DNA of 64,000 nucleotides from an uncultured Candidatus Binatia bacterium (GCA_965215605.1 OZ244070.1:192001-256000), one strand, 5' to 3'. Shown: positions 19,265 to 31,431, counted from the first letter of the stretch. Notes: generated by a model not told the origin, from the letters alone. Program-made: numbers and translations.

Positions 19265-20152
19265 TCATTTCACGATCAGCAGGGCCGTGCCGAGCACGAT
19301 GCCGATGGCCCCCACCGCCACCTTCCAATTGACCGACTCGTGGGCCTGCAGGAATATCCAGGACACCAGCAGCACGAACAGAGGCCGAGCCTGGGCGATG
19401 GGCTGCACCACCACCAACGGCGCGTACCTGAGCGCGAAATAGCCGCAGGTGGTGCCGATGGCGGACACCAGCCCCACCAACCATATGTATCGCCAATGCC
19501 GGGACGACCAGTCCGCGACGCTGCGCAGCGGCCGGTTGGGGATGGCGGGCAGGAAACTCGGCAGCGCGATGAGGCTCGCGTAGAAGTTGGCGCCCAGGGG
19601 CGACGAGAACTCGTGAACCACCATCCTGGTCAGGGCCGCCGACAGGGCCATGGCGAAGGCGCTGCCCAGGGCAAAGGCCATCCCGGCGACGTGGCGGGTC
19701 CATGCCTGCCCGGCGGCGCCCTGGGCGCGGCTCATGGCCACCAGCACGCAGCCTGCTACCACCAGGATGGCCCCGGCAGTCAGAAGATAGGTCAGGTTCT
19801 CCGCGAGAAAGAACACGCCCAGGAACATGGCGAAGAACACGTTGGTGGCGCTGAAGCTGCTGGCGCGGGCCGCCCCGATGTACTTGATGGCGGTGAACAA
19901 CGTGGTGCGGCCGACGGTGATGCGGAGGATCCCGGCCAGCCCGATCATGAACAGCGGCCATCCCCAGCCCGGGAAGCCCGCGTGCAGGTCGCCGTTCAGG
20001 AGGGCCGCCAACGTCAGTATCACCAGCCCCGTGAACGCCGTGGCCGCCGTGCCCAGCACCGGATCGATGTCGCGGGTCGCCATGCGGCCGAAGATGTCCC
20101 GCAACGCCAGGAAGAACGCCGTCCCCAAGGCATAGACGATGGCGATGTCCAT
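19265..20152 (-). CDS. DMT/EamA family transporter
   Basis: About 10 TM segments in two EamA repeats; AIKYIGAARAS. Confidence 0.82.
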   Translation of the reverse strand: MDIAIVYALGTAFFLALRDIFGRMATRDIDPVLGTAATAFTGLVILTLAALLNGDLHAGFPGWGWPLFMIGLAGILRITVGRTTLFTAIKYIGAARASSFSATNVFFAMFLGVFFLAENLTYLLTAGAILVVAGCVLVAMSRAQGAAGQAWTRHVAGMAFALGSAFAMALSAALTRMVVHEFSSPLGANFYASLIALPSFLPAIPNRPLRSVADWSSRHWRYIWLVGLVSAIGTTCGYFALRYAPLVVVQPIAQARPLFVLLVSWIFLQAHESVNWKVAVGAIGIVLGTALLIVK

Positions 20153-20285
20153 GACCGTCAGATGTAGCACGCCGGATCGGCTTCGTAAGCAGGGGCGGAC
20201 GGCTGCGGCGGCAGCCTTCGTGGTTGATCGGGCCAACCGAAACCGCTATACCCCTCCCAACCCAACCTCACCGCCGGGAGCCGCC

Positions 20286-20747
20286 ATGAATTTCGAGGGC
20301 ACCATTACCGTAGAGCATCCGCGAGACGCCGTCTGGGACTTCGTGCTGGACATCGACAAGTTCTCCGCCTGCATGCCCGGTCTCGATTCCATCGACAAGA
20401 TCGACGAGACCACCTTCGACGGCGTCATCAGCGCCAAGGTGGGACCCATGGCCGGGAAGTTCAACTTCCGCTCCACCATCACCGACAGCAATCCCAAGGA
20501 AGCCCTCACCGTGAAGATCGAGGGCAACGACTCGGTGACCAAGAGCACGGTGGTGGCGGGCGTGGACGCCCGCATGGAGGAACCCCGGGAGAACTGCACC
20601 GAGCTCAAGTACAACGCGCAGGTTGAGATCAAGGGACGCCTGGCCATCGTCGGCGACATGATACTGCGCGCCACCACCTCGCTCATCCTGGACGAGTTCA
20701 GGAAGCGGCTGAGCAAGGCGCTGGACGACGAGGCGGCGCAGCCCTAG
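20286..20747 (+). CDS. CoxG/SRPBCC domain protein
   Basis: VWDFVLD...ACMPG, KVGPM, VEIKGRLAIVG. Confidence 0.82.
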   Translation: MNFEGTITVEHPRDAVWDFVLDIDKFSACMPGLDSIDKIDETTFDGVISAKVGPMAGKFNFRSTITDSNPKEALTVKIEGNDSVTKSTVVAGVDARMEEPRENCTELKYNAQVEIKGRLAIVGDMILRATTSLILDEFRKRLSKALDDEAAQP

Positions 20748-20755
20748 CGGGCTGT

Positions 20756-20778
20756 GTAGGCGCGGGTTTCAAACCCGC
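20756..20778 (+). repeat. GTAG-class REP-like palindrome
   Basis: GTAGG-C-GCGGGTTT-C-AAACCCGC. Confidence 0.5.
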
Positions 20779-20852
20779 CGCGCCCAGCCACGCACCGACG
20801 GCCTCCGCAGGCCCCTGAAGCCGTGCGGCCGCGAAACGAAAGGACAGGTTCC

Positions 20853-22370
20853 ATGGCTGAACAATACGATGTCATCATCATCGGCGGAGGCTCCGCGGGC
20901 TGCGCGGCCGCCAGCCGGCTCTCGGAAGACCCCGGGCGAAAGGTGCTGCTGCTGGAGGCGGGGCCGGACCCGCGGCCCATTCCCGAGATGGTGGCCGAGG
21001 CCAAGAACCAGATCCGCCTGCTGATGGAGACCGACTACCTGGCGATGTACCCCAGCCCCCGGGATCTCGACGGCAGCATCTGCTACAAGCTGGCCGGCAG
21101 GATCATGGGCGGCGGCTCGTCGGTGAACGTCATGGCCGCGCCCCGGCCCATGAGGGCCGACATGGACAATTGGGTGGCCGCCGGCAACCCGGACTGGTCC
21201 TGGGAGAACGTCCTGCCCATTCTCAAGCGGCTGGAATCGGACCAGGACTTCCCGGACAGCCCCATTCACGGCAACGACGGGCCGCTGTACGTGAAGCGCC
21301 CCTTCACCTTTGAGACCCCCAACGCCGCCGACCCGGTGCAGGCGTTCATCGAGGCCGGCCAGCAGAAGGGACTGCCGCTCCTGGAGGACACCAACATCCC
21401 CGATGCCGAGGGCGTCGGACACCCGCCCTTCAGCATCAAGGACGGCAAGCGGCAGTCCACGGTGGTGGCCTACCTCGACCCCGCCCGCGGCCGGGAGAAC
21501 CTCACCATCGTGTCCGAGGCCCAGGTCACCCGCCTGGACGTCTCCGGCAACCGCGTGACGGGCGTTCGCTATGAGAAGGACGGCCGTCAGGAGACCGTTT
21601 CCGGCAACCAGGTGGTGGTGAGCGCCGGCGTCTACTACTCGGCCCAACTCCTCATGCTGTCGGGCATCGGCCGCGCCGAGGATCTCAAGAAGGTGGGCAT
21701 CCAGGTGGTCAAGGACGTGCCCGGGGTGGGACAGAACTACCAGGACCACGCGGTGGTGTTCATGACCTTCGAGTGCAAGGAGGATTTCGACGCCGACTGG
21801 ATCATTCCGCGCATCCGCTACATCTACAAGAGCCACGCCGACCGAGACTGCTCCAACTTCCACATCTCGCTACGGCCGCCGACCCAGATCGAGGGCATCA
21901 AGCCCACCATCCCGCTGTCGGCCTCGCTGCTGGAGCAGATGAGCCGCGGCCGTCTCTACCTCCAGAGCAGCGATCCGCGCGAGTTTCCGGTGATCGAGTC
22001 TGCCATGCTGGAGGACCCGCAAGACATCGAATCCATGACCAAGGCCATGTCATTCATCAAGGAGATCACCGAGACCCCGGCCATGCGGGAGCTCTACGGC
22101 GAGCTGCTGACGCCCACCCCGAGCGAAGACTGGGCCAAGTTCGCCCGGGCCACCTACGACAGCTACCACCACGGCGTCGGCACCTGTCTCATGGCCCCGG
22201 CGTCCAACCCGGAGGCGGTGGTGGATCAGAACCTCAAGGTGCACGGCATGGACAACCTCTGGGTCGCCGACGCCTCCATCATGCCTACGGTGGTGCACGC
22301 CAACACCAACGTCACCTGCATCATGATCGGCGAACGTCTGTCGGACTTCGTGAAGGCCGCGGGCGGCTGA
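20853..22370 (+). CDS. GMC (choline dehydrogenase-like) oxidoreductase
   Basis: GGGSAG, GGGSSVN, GVGQNYQDH, YHHGVGTC, VADASIMP, NTNVTCIMIGER. Confidence 0.92.
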   Translation: MAEQYDVIIIGGGSAGCAAASRLSEDPGRKVLLLEAGPDPRPIPEMVAEAKNQIRLLMETDYLAMYPSPRDLDGSICYKLAGRIMGGGSSVNVMAAPRPMRADMDNWVAAGNPDWSWENVLPILKRLESDQDFPDSPIHGNDGPLYVKRPFTFETPNAADPVQAFIEAGQQKGLPLLEDTNIPDAEGVGHPPFSIKDGKRQSTVVAYLDPARGRENLTIVSEAQVTRLDVSGNRVTGVRYEKDGRQETVSGNQVVVSAGVYYSAQLLMLSGIGRAEDLKKVGIQVVKDVPGVGQNYQDHAVVFMTFECKEDFDADWIIPRIRYIYKSHADRDCSNFHISLRPPTQIEGIKPTIPLSASLLEQMSRGRLYLQSSDPREFPVIESAMLEDPQDIESMTKAMSFIKEITETPAMRELYGELLTPTPSEDWAKFARATYDSYHHGVGTCLMAPASNPEAVVDQNLKVHGMDNLWVADASIMPTVVHANTNVTCIMIGERLSDFVKAAGG

Positions 22371-22432
22371 GGATCCGACCCCCGGCTGTTGCGGATGAGG
22401 ACTCGGGCGCCGGCGGGCCGTTCCAACGTGGC

Positions 22433-24118
<1,686 letters not shown>

Positions 24119-24208
24119 GCCCCCTCCCGCGGCCGGGTTTGTAAACGCCGCCCGGCAACCCTACTATACTCGTACGACCCGGCTCGTGAAAATCCGCCGG
24201 ACTGCCAC

Positions 24209-24835
24209 ATGACCACCCATCCGCTGCCACCCCAAGCCTTCGCCCGCATGGACGAGTCCCCGGACGAGGAGTTCTACGGGGAACCCCGGCTGGTGACCCA
24301 CATCGACGAGCGCGCCATCGCCGCGGTCACCCAACTCTACCGGGACACGCTGCCGGCGGGCGGCGCCGTCCTGGACGTCATGAGCAGCTGGATCAGCCAT
24401 CTGCCCCCGGAGATGAGCTTCAGGAAGGTCGTGGGGCTGGGCATGAACGAGGAGGAGCTCCGGGCCAACCCCCGTCTCCACGCCTACACCGTCCACAACC
24501 TGAACGACCACCCCGGCCTTCCCTACGCCGACAACGAGTTCGACGCCGCGTGCATCTGCGTCTCCGTGGACTACCTCGTCAACGCGGTTGAGGTCATCCG
24601 TGACATCGGCCGCGTCGTGACCCCCGGCGGGCCGCTGGTCATCACGTTCTCGAACCGCTGCTTCCCTACCAAGGCCGTGGCCATCTGGCACCGGCTCACC
24701 GGCGCGGGACAGCAGCAGCTCGTGGAGTCCTACTTCAGAGAGGCCGGGAACTGGAACGACGTGCGGTCGCTCACGCCCGTCCCCGAGGACTTCCGGGGAG
24801 ACCCCCTCTACGCCGTGCTGGGAAATCGGCGTTAG
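24209..24835 (+). CDS. Class I SAM-dependent methyltransferase (type 11-like)
   Basis: FYGEPRLVTHID, LDVMSSWISHLP, GLGMNEEEL, SVDYL, FSNRCFPTKAV. Confidence 0.85.
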   Translation: MTTHPLPPQAFARMDESPDEEFYGEPRLVTHIDERAIAAVTQLYRDTLPAGGAVLDVMSSWISHLPPEMSFRKVVGLGMNEEELRANPRLHAYTVHNLNDHPGLPYADNEFDAACICVSVDYLVNAVEVIRDIGRVVTPGGPLVITFSNRCFPTKAVAIWHRLTGAGQQQLVESYFREAGNWNDVRSLTPVPEDFRGDPLYAVLGNRR

Positions 24836-24982
24836 CGCCTAACACCTGTGATAGCGGTGAGATCGGTGAGATCGGTGATGCCGATGACGGCCGATCCCGT
24901 GGCGGGGATGGTCATCGCGTCCACGGGCATGGACCGGCCTTGGCGCGCCCGGACGGAGCCAGATTCCGGCCGCCGCGCGACG

Positions 24983-25207
24983 CTAACGCGCCTCCCCCTC
25001 CATAGCCGCCAGCCGTTCCCGCGCCTTGGCCGCGAAGGGACTGTCCGGATGGTCACGCAGGATGCGGTCGTAAAGTTGCCGGGCGTGCTCCCTGTTGTTC
25101 TGGACCTCCTCGAACTGCGCGGTCTCGAACATTTCTTCCGCCCCGTCGCCGCAACCCGCCAGCGGCAGCGCCAGCGTCGAAACCAGCAGCATGCGTAGAC
25201 ACAACAT
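24983..25207 (-). CDS. Small putative lipoprotein with TPR-like helix pair
   Basis: Lipobox LAGC; FETAQFEE..NREHARQLYDRILRDHPDSPFA; start uncertain. Confidence 0.65.
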   Translation of the reverse strand: MLCLRMLLVSTLALPLAGCGDGAEEMFETAQFEEVQNNREHARQLYDRILRDHPDSPFAAKARERLAAMEGEAR

Positions 25208-25329
25208 ACGTATAGCGCGGAAGGTGGTCATTTGCATTGGGCTAATTTGACAGGAACCGGCGATTGTGGCGAACTGAACGCCACATCGCGCATCCATACG
25301 GGCCAAACCTGCGAGCCGGGAGGAGAGCC

Positions 25330-26403
25330 ATGCCGATCATCGACGCCGACGCTCACGTGGTGGAAATCGACGAGACTTGGGAGTATCTCGCTCCCTCCGA
25401 GCGCGAGTACAAGCCCGGGGTGGTCTACGAAAGACTGGAGAACGGCGAGACCCTCAAGTACTGGGTCATCGGCGACAACAAGGTGGGCACGCCCTGGCCC
25501 GGGGGCGGCGCCCGGAGCGACGCCATCACCGGCACCTTCATCGGCAACGTACCGCTGGACGTCAAGGCCAAGTACATGCTGGACGTGGACGCCCGGGTGG
25601 CGCACATGGACGAGCTCGGCACCGACACACAGGTGCTCTTCCCCACTTTGTGGGTGCACCCTCTCACGGACCAGCCGGCGGTGGAGAATGCCCTGTGCTG
25701 GAGCTTCAACCGTTGGATGGCCGACATCTACTCACGGGGCCACGGCCGGTTCCGCTGGGCCGCGGTCGTCTCGCTGAGCGACATCCCGGAAGCGCGCCGG
25801 CAACTGCGTTTCGCCCGGGACCACGGCGCCGTGGCGGTAAACACCTCGGGGCTCGACTACCGCAACCGCCTCATCAACGACCCCGACTTCTTCCCCCTCT
25901 ACGAGGAAGCCAGCGACCTCGACATGCCCGTGTGCATCCACTCGGGAACCAACAGCCCGGACATGGACCGGGTCTGGGGACAGCCCCTGTGCGGCTACCA
26001 GCGCAACAAGTTCGTGGGCCTCGGCGCGTTCCACCTGCTGATCATGTCGAACCTGCCGGACCGCTTCCCGAAGCTCCGCTGGGGCATCATCGAGCTGAGC
26101 GCGGGCTGGCTCCCGTACCTCATCAACGACCTGCGGCGGCGCGTGGAGCGGCGCGGCGGCAAGCTCAAGGAGCGCATCCTGGCCGACAACAACATCTGGG
26201 TCGCAGCCCAGATGAACGACGACCTGGAGCACGTCATCAAGTACGTGGGCGACGACCGCCTGGTCATGGGCACCGACTACGGCCACGCCGACTCCTCCAC
26301 CGAGATCCAGGCGCTGCAACTGCTGCAACGGCACGAGTTCGTCTCCCCCGAGAGCGTCTCGCGCATCCTCTACGACAACCCGGTGGAGCTATACGCGCTG
26401 TAG
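25330..26403 (+). CDS. Amidohydrolase family 2 protein
   Basis: IDADAHV, PVCIHSG, MGTDYGHAD. Confidence 0.9.
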   Translation: MPIIDADAHVVEIDETWEYLAPSEREYKPGVVYERLENGETLKYWVIGDNKVGTPWPGGGARSDAITGTFIGNVPLDVKAKYMLDVDARVAHMDELGTDTQVLFPTLWVHPLTDQPAVENALCWSFNRWMADIYSRGHGRFRWAAVVSLSDIPEARRQLRFARDHGAVAVNTSGLDYRNRLINDPDFFPLYEEASDLDMPVCIHSGTNSPDMDRVWGQPLCGYQRNKFVGLGAFHLLIMSNLPDRFPKLRWGIIELSAGWLPYLINDLRRRVERRGGKLKERILADNNIWVAAQMNDDLEHVIKYVGDDRLVMGTDYGHADSSTEIQALQLLQRHEFVSPESVSRILYDNPVELYAL

Positions 26404-26437
26404 CGTGACGCGACCTGAGGTCTCAGGAGTTCAACAC

Positions 26438-28669
26438 ATGGCAGACACGACCGAGCTGGATCCCGTCAGATACGAGATGTTCCTGCACCGCCTCTGGGCC
26501 ATCGGCGAGGAGGGGCGTTCCTCCATCCAAAAGGTGACCGCGTCCCCCATAGTGGCACAGGGGGGCGAGTGCATGGCGTCGTTCTATACCGCCGCGGGCG
26601 AGATGATCCTGGCCTGTTCGGGCCACCTCCGCTTCGCGGCGGCGACCTCGGACGCCATCAAGAAGGTCATCGAGTGGTACGGCGAAAGCCCGGGCTTCTT
26701 CGACGGCGACCAGCTCTTCTTCAACGACCCTTACATCGCCGGCGCCCACACCTATGACATGCTGATCATGAAGCCCATCTTCCATGACGGCGCGCTCACC
26801 AACTGGATCGCGTCGAGCATCCATACCGCGGACACCGGCGGCTCCATGCGGGGCGTGGCCACGGAGATCTACCACGAGGGCATCCGCATTCAAGGCGCCA
26901 AGGTCGTGGAGAAGGGCGAGTTCCGCGAGGACGCGTTCCGCTGCCTGACGCAGCAGTGCCGGGACCCGGAGTACGTGGGCCAGGACATCCGCTCGCAGAT
27001 CGCCTCCAACAACGTGTGCGCCCGTGGTTTCCTGGAGTTGGTGGAGAAGTTCGGCCTGGACTTCATCGAGAGCGCGGGACGGAAGGTCATCGAGGACTCC
27101 GAGCGCATGGCCCGGGCGCGGCTCAGGGACCTGCCGGACGGGGCGTGGACGTCGGTGATTCCGGGAACCGCCTGGGACCGCAAGGGCGGCGGGGTCAAGC
27201 CCTACCACGTGGCGTGCCGGCTGGAGAAGAAGGGCGAGGAGATGCATCTCGACTTCAGCGGCACCAGCGGCCAGATGAACGACATGTCCAATTCAACGCT
27301 GGCCGGCACCATGGCCCAGTTGGCGGTGGCGCTGACCGACTTCCTCTTCTGGGACGTTCCCTGGAGCGACGGCAAGTTCAAGCCCGTCTCGGTCACCATC
27401 CCCGAGGGCAGCATCCTCAACTGCCGCTTCCCCGCGGCCTGCGGCAACGCGCCGGCGGTGGGGGTCACGGCCAAGGTGGCGCTCAGCGACTGCATCGCCC
27501 GCATGCTCTACACCGGCGGCAGCGATGACATCAACGCCGCCTGGCAGGGCATCTGGTACGGCGGCGGGCCGCTGGCGTTCTACGGGGGCCACAACCGCGA
27601 GGGGCTGGTAACCGCCCAGGGGCTCTACGACGGCCACGGCGCCGGCTTCGGCGCTACGCCGGTGCGGGACGGCGTTCCCTGCGGCGGCAACATGAACATC
27701 CCCGGGGGCGGCATCAGCGACATCGAGCGCATCGAGATGCAGTACCCGTTCATCTACTTCACCCGCAACCATCACGTGGACGGCGGCGGAGCGGGCGAGA
27801 ACGCCGGCGGCACCGGCAGCTACCGGATCTACATGATCTTCGGCACCCAGGACTGCAGCGTAAACTATCCGCCCTACGGCTGCCTGCCCGAGGGCGCCGG
27901 CCTGTTCGGGGGCTACCCCACCGGCATCGGCGGCACCCGGGCGGTGTTCCACACCGACGGCAAGTCCCTGATGGAGCGGCTTCGCGCCGGGGAATACCCC
28001 ACTCAACCCGCGCAACTCGAGCCCGAGGGTTGGGGCGCCCTGGCCCATCCGGAGCAGATCCAGGGGCGAGTCCCGCTGCCGGAGTACTGCATCGTGGCTG
28101 ACTTCGTGGGCGGCGGCGGCGGCTTCGGCGACCCGCTGGAACGCGATCCAGAGAAGGTCCGGCGGGACATCCGCGTGGGCGTCGCTTCGCGGCGCATCGC
28201 CGAGGAAGTCTTCGGGGTGGTGATGACGGCGGATGGTGCGGTGGACGCCGAGGGCACGGCCGCCAGGCGCGAGGCCATCCGCGCCGAGCGCCTGGCCCAA
28301 GGCGCGCCCCTGGCGGGCATCACCAGCGCGGTCCCCAACGGAACCCAAGCCACGCACGGGAGCGCGGACGAGCTGCGCTTCCATCCGTGCATGGCCATCG
28401 CCAGGGAGGACGGCCGCCAGGTGATCCGCTGCACCCGCTGCGGCCACCGCTACTGCGAGGCCCACGACAACTACAAGCGCTACGCTCTGAGGCGGCAACG
28501 CGACCTGGAGGAACTGTCCGGCCAGAAGGTGCCGTCCGGCGAGCCCTACATCGCCAGCTTCATCGAGTACTACTGCCCCGGTTGCGCGGCCATGCTCCAG
28601 GTAGACACGTTCTGCCCGGAACTGGACAACGACAGCGAGCCGGTTCAGGACTTCGGGTTGGAGGCGTAG
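26438..28669 (+). CDS. Hydantoinase B/oxoprolinase fused to an acetone-carboxylase gamma-subunit-like Zn domain
   Basis: NDPYIAGAH, HTADTGG, EIYHEGIRI, GGGGGFGDPLERDP; C-terminal CTRCGHRYC..NYK..EYYCPGC. Confidence 0.85.
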   Translation: MADTTELDPVRYEMFLHRLWAIGEEGRSSIQKVTASPIVAQGGECMASFYTAAGEMILACSGHLRFAAATSDAIKKVIEWYGESPGFFDGDQLFFNDPYIAGAHTYDMLIMKPIFHDGALTNWIASSIHTADTGGSMRGVATEIYHEGIRIQGAKVVEKGEFREDAFRCLTQQCRDPEYVGQDIRSQIASNNVCARGFLELVEKFGLDFIESAGRKVIEDSERMARARLRDLPDGAWTSVIPGTAWDRKGGGVKPYHVACRLEKKGEEMHLDFSGTSGQMNDMSNSTLAGTMAQLAVALTDFLFWDVPWSDGKFKPVSVTIPEGSILNCRFPAACGNAPAVGVTAKVALSDCIARMLYTGGSDDINAAWQGIWYGGGPLAFYGGHNREGLVTAQGLYDGHGAGFGATPVRDGVPCGGNMNIPGGGISDIERIEMQYPFIYFTRNHHVDGGGAGENAGGTGSYRIYMIFGTQDCSVNYPPYGCLPEGAGLFGGYPTGIGGTRAVFHTDGKSLMERLRAGEYPTQPAQLEPEGWGALAHPEQIQGRVPLPEYCIVADFVGGGGGFGDPLERDPEKVRRDIRVGVASRRIAEEVFGVVMTADGAVDAEGTAARREAIRAERLAQGAPLAGITSAVPNGTQATHGSADELRFHPCMAIAREDGRQVIRCTRCGHRYCEAHDNYKRYALRRQRDLEELSGQKVPSGEPYIASFIEYYCPGCAAMLQVDTFCPELDNDSEPVQDFGLEA

Positions 28670-28691
28670 AGGGCGCCCGCGCCAGGACCCG

Positions 28692-29498
28692 TCACCCCTT
28701 CAGGAATTCCACCGCCCTGCGGTCGTACGCCTCGCCCGCGTCCCACATGAGCATGTGACAGGCCTGGTCGATGATCTCCAGCCGGAGCCCGGGCATCAAC
28801 TCCTTGAGCTTGGCGCATTTCTCCGCAGCCTGGTTGCGGTCCTGTTTCCCGTAGAGCAGCAGCAGCGGCGCTTGCACCTCCGTGAGCCGCTCCCACAACC
28901 GCGGCCCCTCCCGCTTGGGCTCCACCACCCGCTGCCGCTCCAGGAACCGTTCCAGGTTCCTGCCCAGGCTCAGGCTGTGCCGCTGCTCCAGCACCTCGGG
29001 AGTGATGAGCTCCTTGTGGTAGAGGTTCGACTCCAGGAGCGCCCTGGAGTCCTCCAGGGTCGGCGGCGCGTCGGTGGCCTCGCTGCTGGCGTGGGCCGGC
29101 GGAGGAAAACCCGGAAGTCCCTGCAGCAGGCTGCCGCTGCACACCACCAGCACATTGGCCACCCGGTCGGGATGGTCCAGGGCGGTCTGCACCACGATGC
29201 CGCCGGCCTGGGAGTGGCCGATGAGCGCGGCCTCGTTCGCGTCGATGGCGCTCATGAACCGCGGCAGGAACCGCGTCCGGTAGGCCAGCGTGTAATCCTC
29301 GGGAGCGTCGGAGAGGCCGAAACCCGGCTGGTCGTACGCCACGGCGCGGAACCCGGCGTCCGCCAGTGGGCCCATGTGCCGCCCGAACACGTCCGCGGAC
29401 GAGCCCAGGGAAGCGCCGTGCAACATGATCACCGGCATTCCCGACCCCTCCTCCAGATAACGGACCTTGAGGCCGTCTACAGTAACTTCGCGCTCCAT
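28692..29498 (-). CDS. Alpha/beta fold hydrolase
   Basis: LHGASLG, DQPGFGLSD, GHSQAG, GKQD, ACHMLMWD. Confidence 0.88.
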   Translation of the reverse strand: MEREVTVDGLKVRYLEEGSGMPVIMLHGASLGSSADVFGRHMGPLADAGFRAVAYDQPGFGLSDAPEDYTLAYRTRFLPRFMSAIDANEAALIGHSQAGGIVVQTALDHPDRVANVLVVCSGSLLQGLPGFPPPAHASSEATDAPPTLEDSRALLESNLYHKELITPEVLEQRHSLSLGRNLERFLERQRVVEPKREGPRLWERLTEVQAPLLLLYGKQDRNQAAEKCAKLKELMPGLRLEIIDQACHMLMWDAGEAYDRRAVEFLKG

Positions 29499-29617
29499 AT
29501 TGCTTTCCTCCATCGACGATGAGCCAGAATAGCAGTGGCCTGTACCACACCAGCGGTGGCACAGGCCACCCGTCTCCCGCACCCCATTCGTGAGACACCA
29601 CCCAGACCGTGTGATCG

Positions 29618-30160
29618 TCAGATCACCCGGACCCGGACCCCCTCGGCGGGCAGCAAGGAATCGCACACGGCGGGGTCCAGTCCGCAGGCATGCCCGAGGG
29701 CGCAAAGCACGAGGTCCGCGGCCACCCGCTCCTCGCCCGCGCGGTCCCTGGCATTCTTCTCCAGTGTCACGGAGCGGACTTCGACGGAGCCTCCGGCGCA
29801 TACCGCCACGTGAGCGCGATGCTCGCCCTTCCTGGGCCGGTCCGTCACCAAGGCGGCGGTGCAGGCGATGCCCCATACCGGCGCCTCGGGACTCGTCCTC
29901 AACCGCAGCGCGCGCTCGTAAGCCTTGCGCGCCAGCGCCGCGGCGGTCTCCGCCGACACCGTCTGCGACGGCCGGCGCCCCAGAAACTCGTCCATTGACG
30001 GTTCGCTGTACGGCACCAGCGCCTCCAGCACCGTTCGTGAGGCTCCCGGTACGACGAACAGGTCCGCCAACGCCTGCGAGCCGCCGGCGACCACCAGCAC
30101 GACCCTGGCGGGGCTACGGTGAATCTCGGCGATCAAGTCGGCGCGGGACGGAACGTTCAT
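29618..30160 (-). CDS. CinA-C-like domain protein
   Basis: PGASRTVLEALVPYS, SAETAAALA, TDRPRKGEHRAHVA. Confidence 0.6.
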   Translation of the reverse strand: MNVPSRADLIAEIHRSPARVVLVVAGGSQALADLFVVPGASRTVLEALVPYSEPSMDEFLGRRPSQTVSAETAAALARKAYERALRLRTSPEAPVWGIACTAALVTDRPRKGEHRAHVAVCAGGSVEVRSVTLEKNARDRAGEERVAADLVLCALGHACGLDPAVCDSLLPAEGVRVRVI

Positions 30161-30179
30161 GGCGGTCCGCGATATCCGT

Positions 30180-31346
30180 TCAGACGACGCCGCGCCGGCG
30201 CAGGCTCCGGATGGCTTCGCCGTCGTAGCCCAAGCCCTCCAGCAACTCGTCGGTGTTCTCTCCCACCAGAGGCGCCGGCCGCACGAATCGCGGCGGCGTC
30301 GCCGACAGGTTCACGCTGCTGCCGATGAGCCGGGTCGCGCCTCGCTCCGGGTGACGGATCTCCCGCGGCAGGCCCAGGTGCCTGACCTGTGGGTCTTCGA
30401 AGACCTCCTCGGCGGCGTATATGGGAGCGTGGCTCAGGTCCTCCCGGCCCAGCCGCTCCAGCCAGGCTGCCCGCGGCGCCAGGGCGAATTCCCCGCGCAG
30501 GATCTCCATCAACTCTTCGTGATGAGCGACCCGGTCCTCGTAGGCGGCGAACCGCGGGTCGTCCATCAGATCCGGCCGCTCCACCACGCGGGCCAAGGCT
30601 TCCCAGGACCGCCGGTGGGTGGCGAGATGCACCAGCAACGGCCGCCCGTCCTTCGCCGTCAGGCAGAACAGCCGGCCGCGCTGGAAGTTGTTCGGGGTGA
30701 CGGCGTCGCCGCCGTTCAGGAACTCGGCGAAATGCGACTCGATGAAACCCATGCTGGCCTGCAGCAGCGACGCGTCCACGAACTGGCCGGCGCCGGTCCG
30801 GGTCCGCGCCGCGAGCGCGGCCAGGATGCCGTAGGCCGCGAAGACGCCGGTGGCGTGAGCGGTGATGGAGAACCCGCCCATCTTCGGATCGTCCGGGTCG
30901 GTGAGCAGGCTCAGCATGCCGCTGACCGCCTGGCCGATGGACTCGAAACCGGCTCTGTCCTCGTAGGGGCCGCTCTGGCCGAAGGCCGTGACCGAGCAGT
31001 GGATGAGCCCCGGATTGCGCCGGCGCAGCGCTTCGTAGTCGAGCTCCAGGGACCTCCGCGTGCCGGGCCGGAAGCTCTCGATGAGGACGTCCGCCGACTC
31101 CAGCAGGCGGTGCAGGATGTCCCGGGCCTCGGGCTCGCGCAGATTGAGCGTGAGGCTCTTCTTGTTCCGGTTGAGCGCCCGGAACACCGGACTGTAGCTG
31201 TCACGTCCCCGGGCCGGATCTCCCTTGTCCGGAAGCTCCACCTTGACGACCTCGCAGCCGAGGTCCCCCAGGAGACTCCCGGCGTAAGGGCCGGCCACGT
31301 GCCCGCTGGCGTCGATGGCCACCGTGCCGTCCAGCGCTCCGTTCAT
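30180..31346 (-). CDS. CaiB/BaiF family (class III) CoA transferase
   Basis: AGPYAGSLLGDLG.EVVKVE, NRNKKS, ESFRPG, FGQSGPY, APLVGENT. Confidence 0.92.
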   Translation of the reverse strand: MNGALDGTVAIDASGHVAGPYAGSLLGDLGCEVVKVELPDKGDPARGRDSYSPVFRALNRNKKSLTLNLREPEARDILHRLLESADVLIESFRPGTRRSLELDYEALRRRNPGLIHCSVTAFGQSGPYEDRAGFESIGQAVSGMLSLLTDPDDPKMGGFSITAHATGVFAAYGILAALAARTRTGAGQFVDASLLQASMGFIESHFAEFLNGGDAVTPNNFQRGRLFCLTAKDGRPLLVHLATHRRSWEALARVVERPDLMDDPRFAAYEDRVAHHEELMEILRGEFALAPRAAWLERLGREDLSHAPIYAAEEVFEDPQVRHLGLPREIRHPERGATRLIGSSVNLSATPPRFVRPAPLVGENTDELLEGLGYDGEAIRSLRRRGVV

Positions 31347-31388
31347 GTCGGACTCGACTCCACCCATCCCGGTCGTTCCCCTTTGTGC

Positions 31389-31431
31389 CCCTCCACCCCT
31401 GGATTCCCGTACTCGCGGGACTGATGGAGGG
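31389..31431. repeat. REP-like intergenic palindrome
   Basis: CCCTCCA..CTGGATTCCCGTACTCGCGGGACTGA..TGGAGGG nested inverted repeat. Confidence 0.4.
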
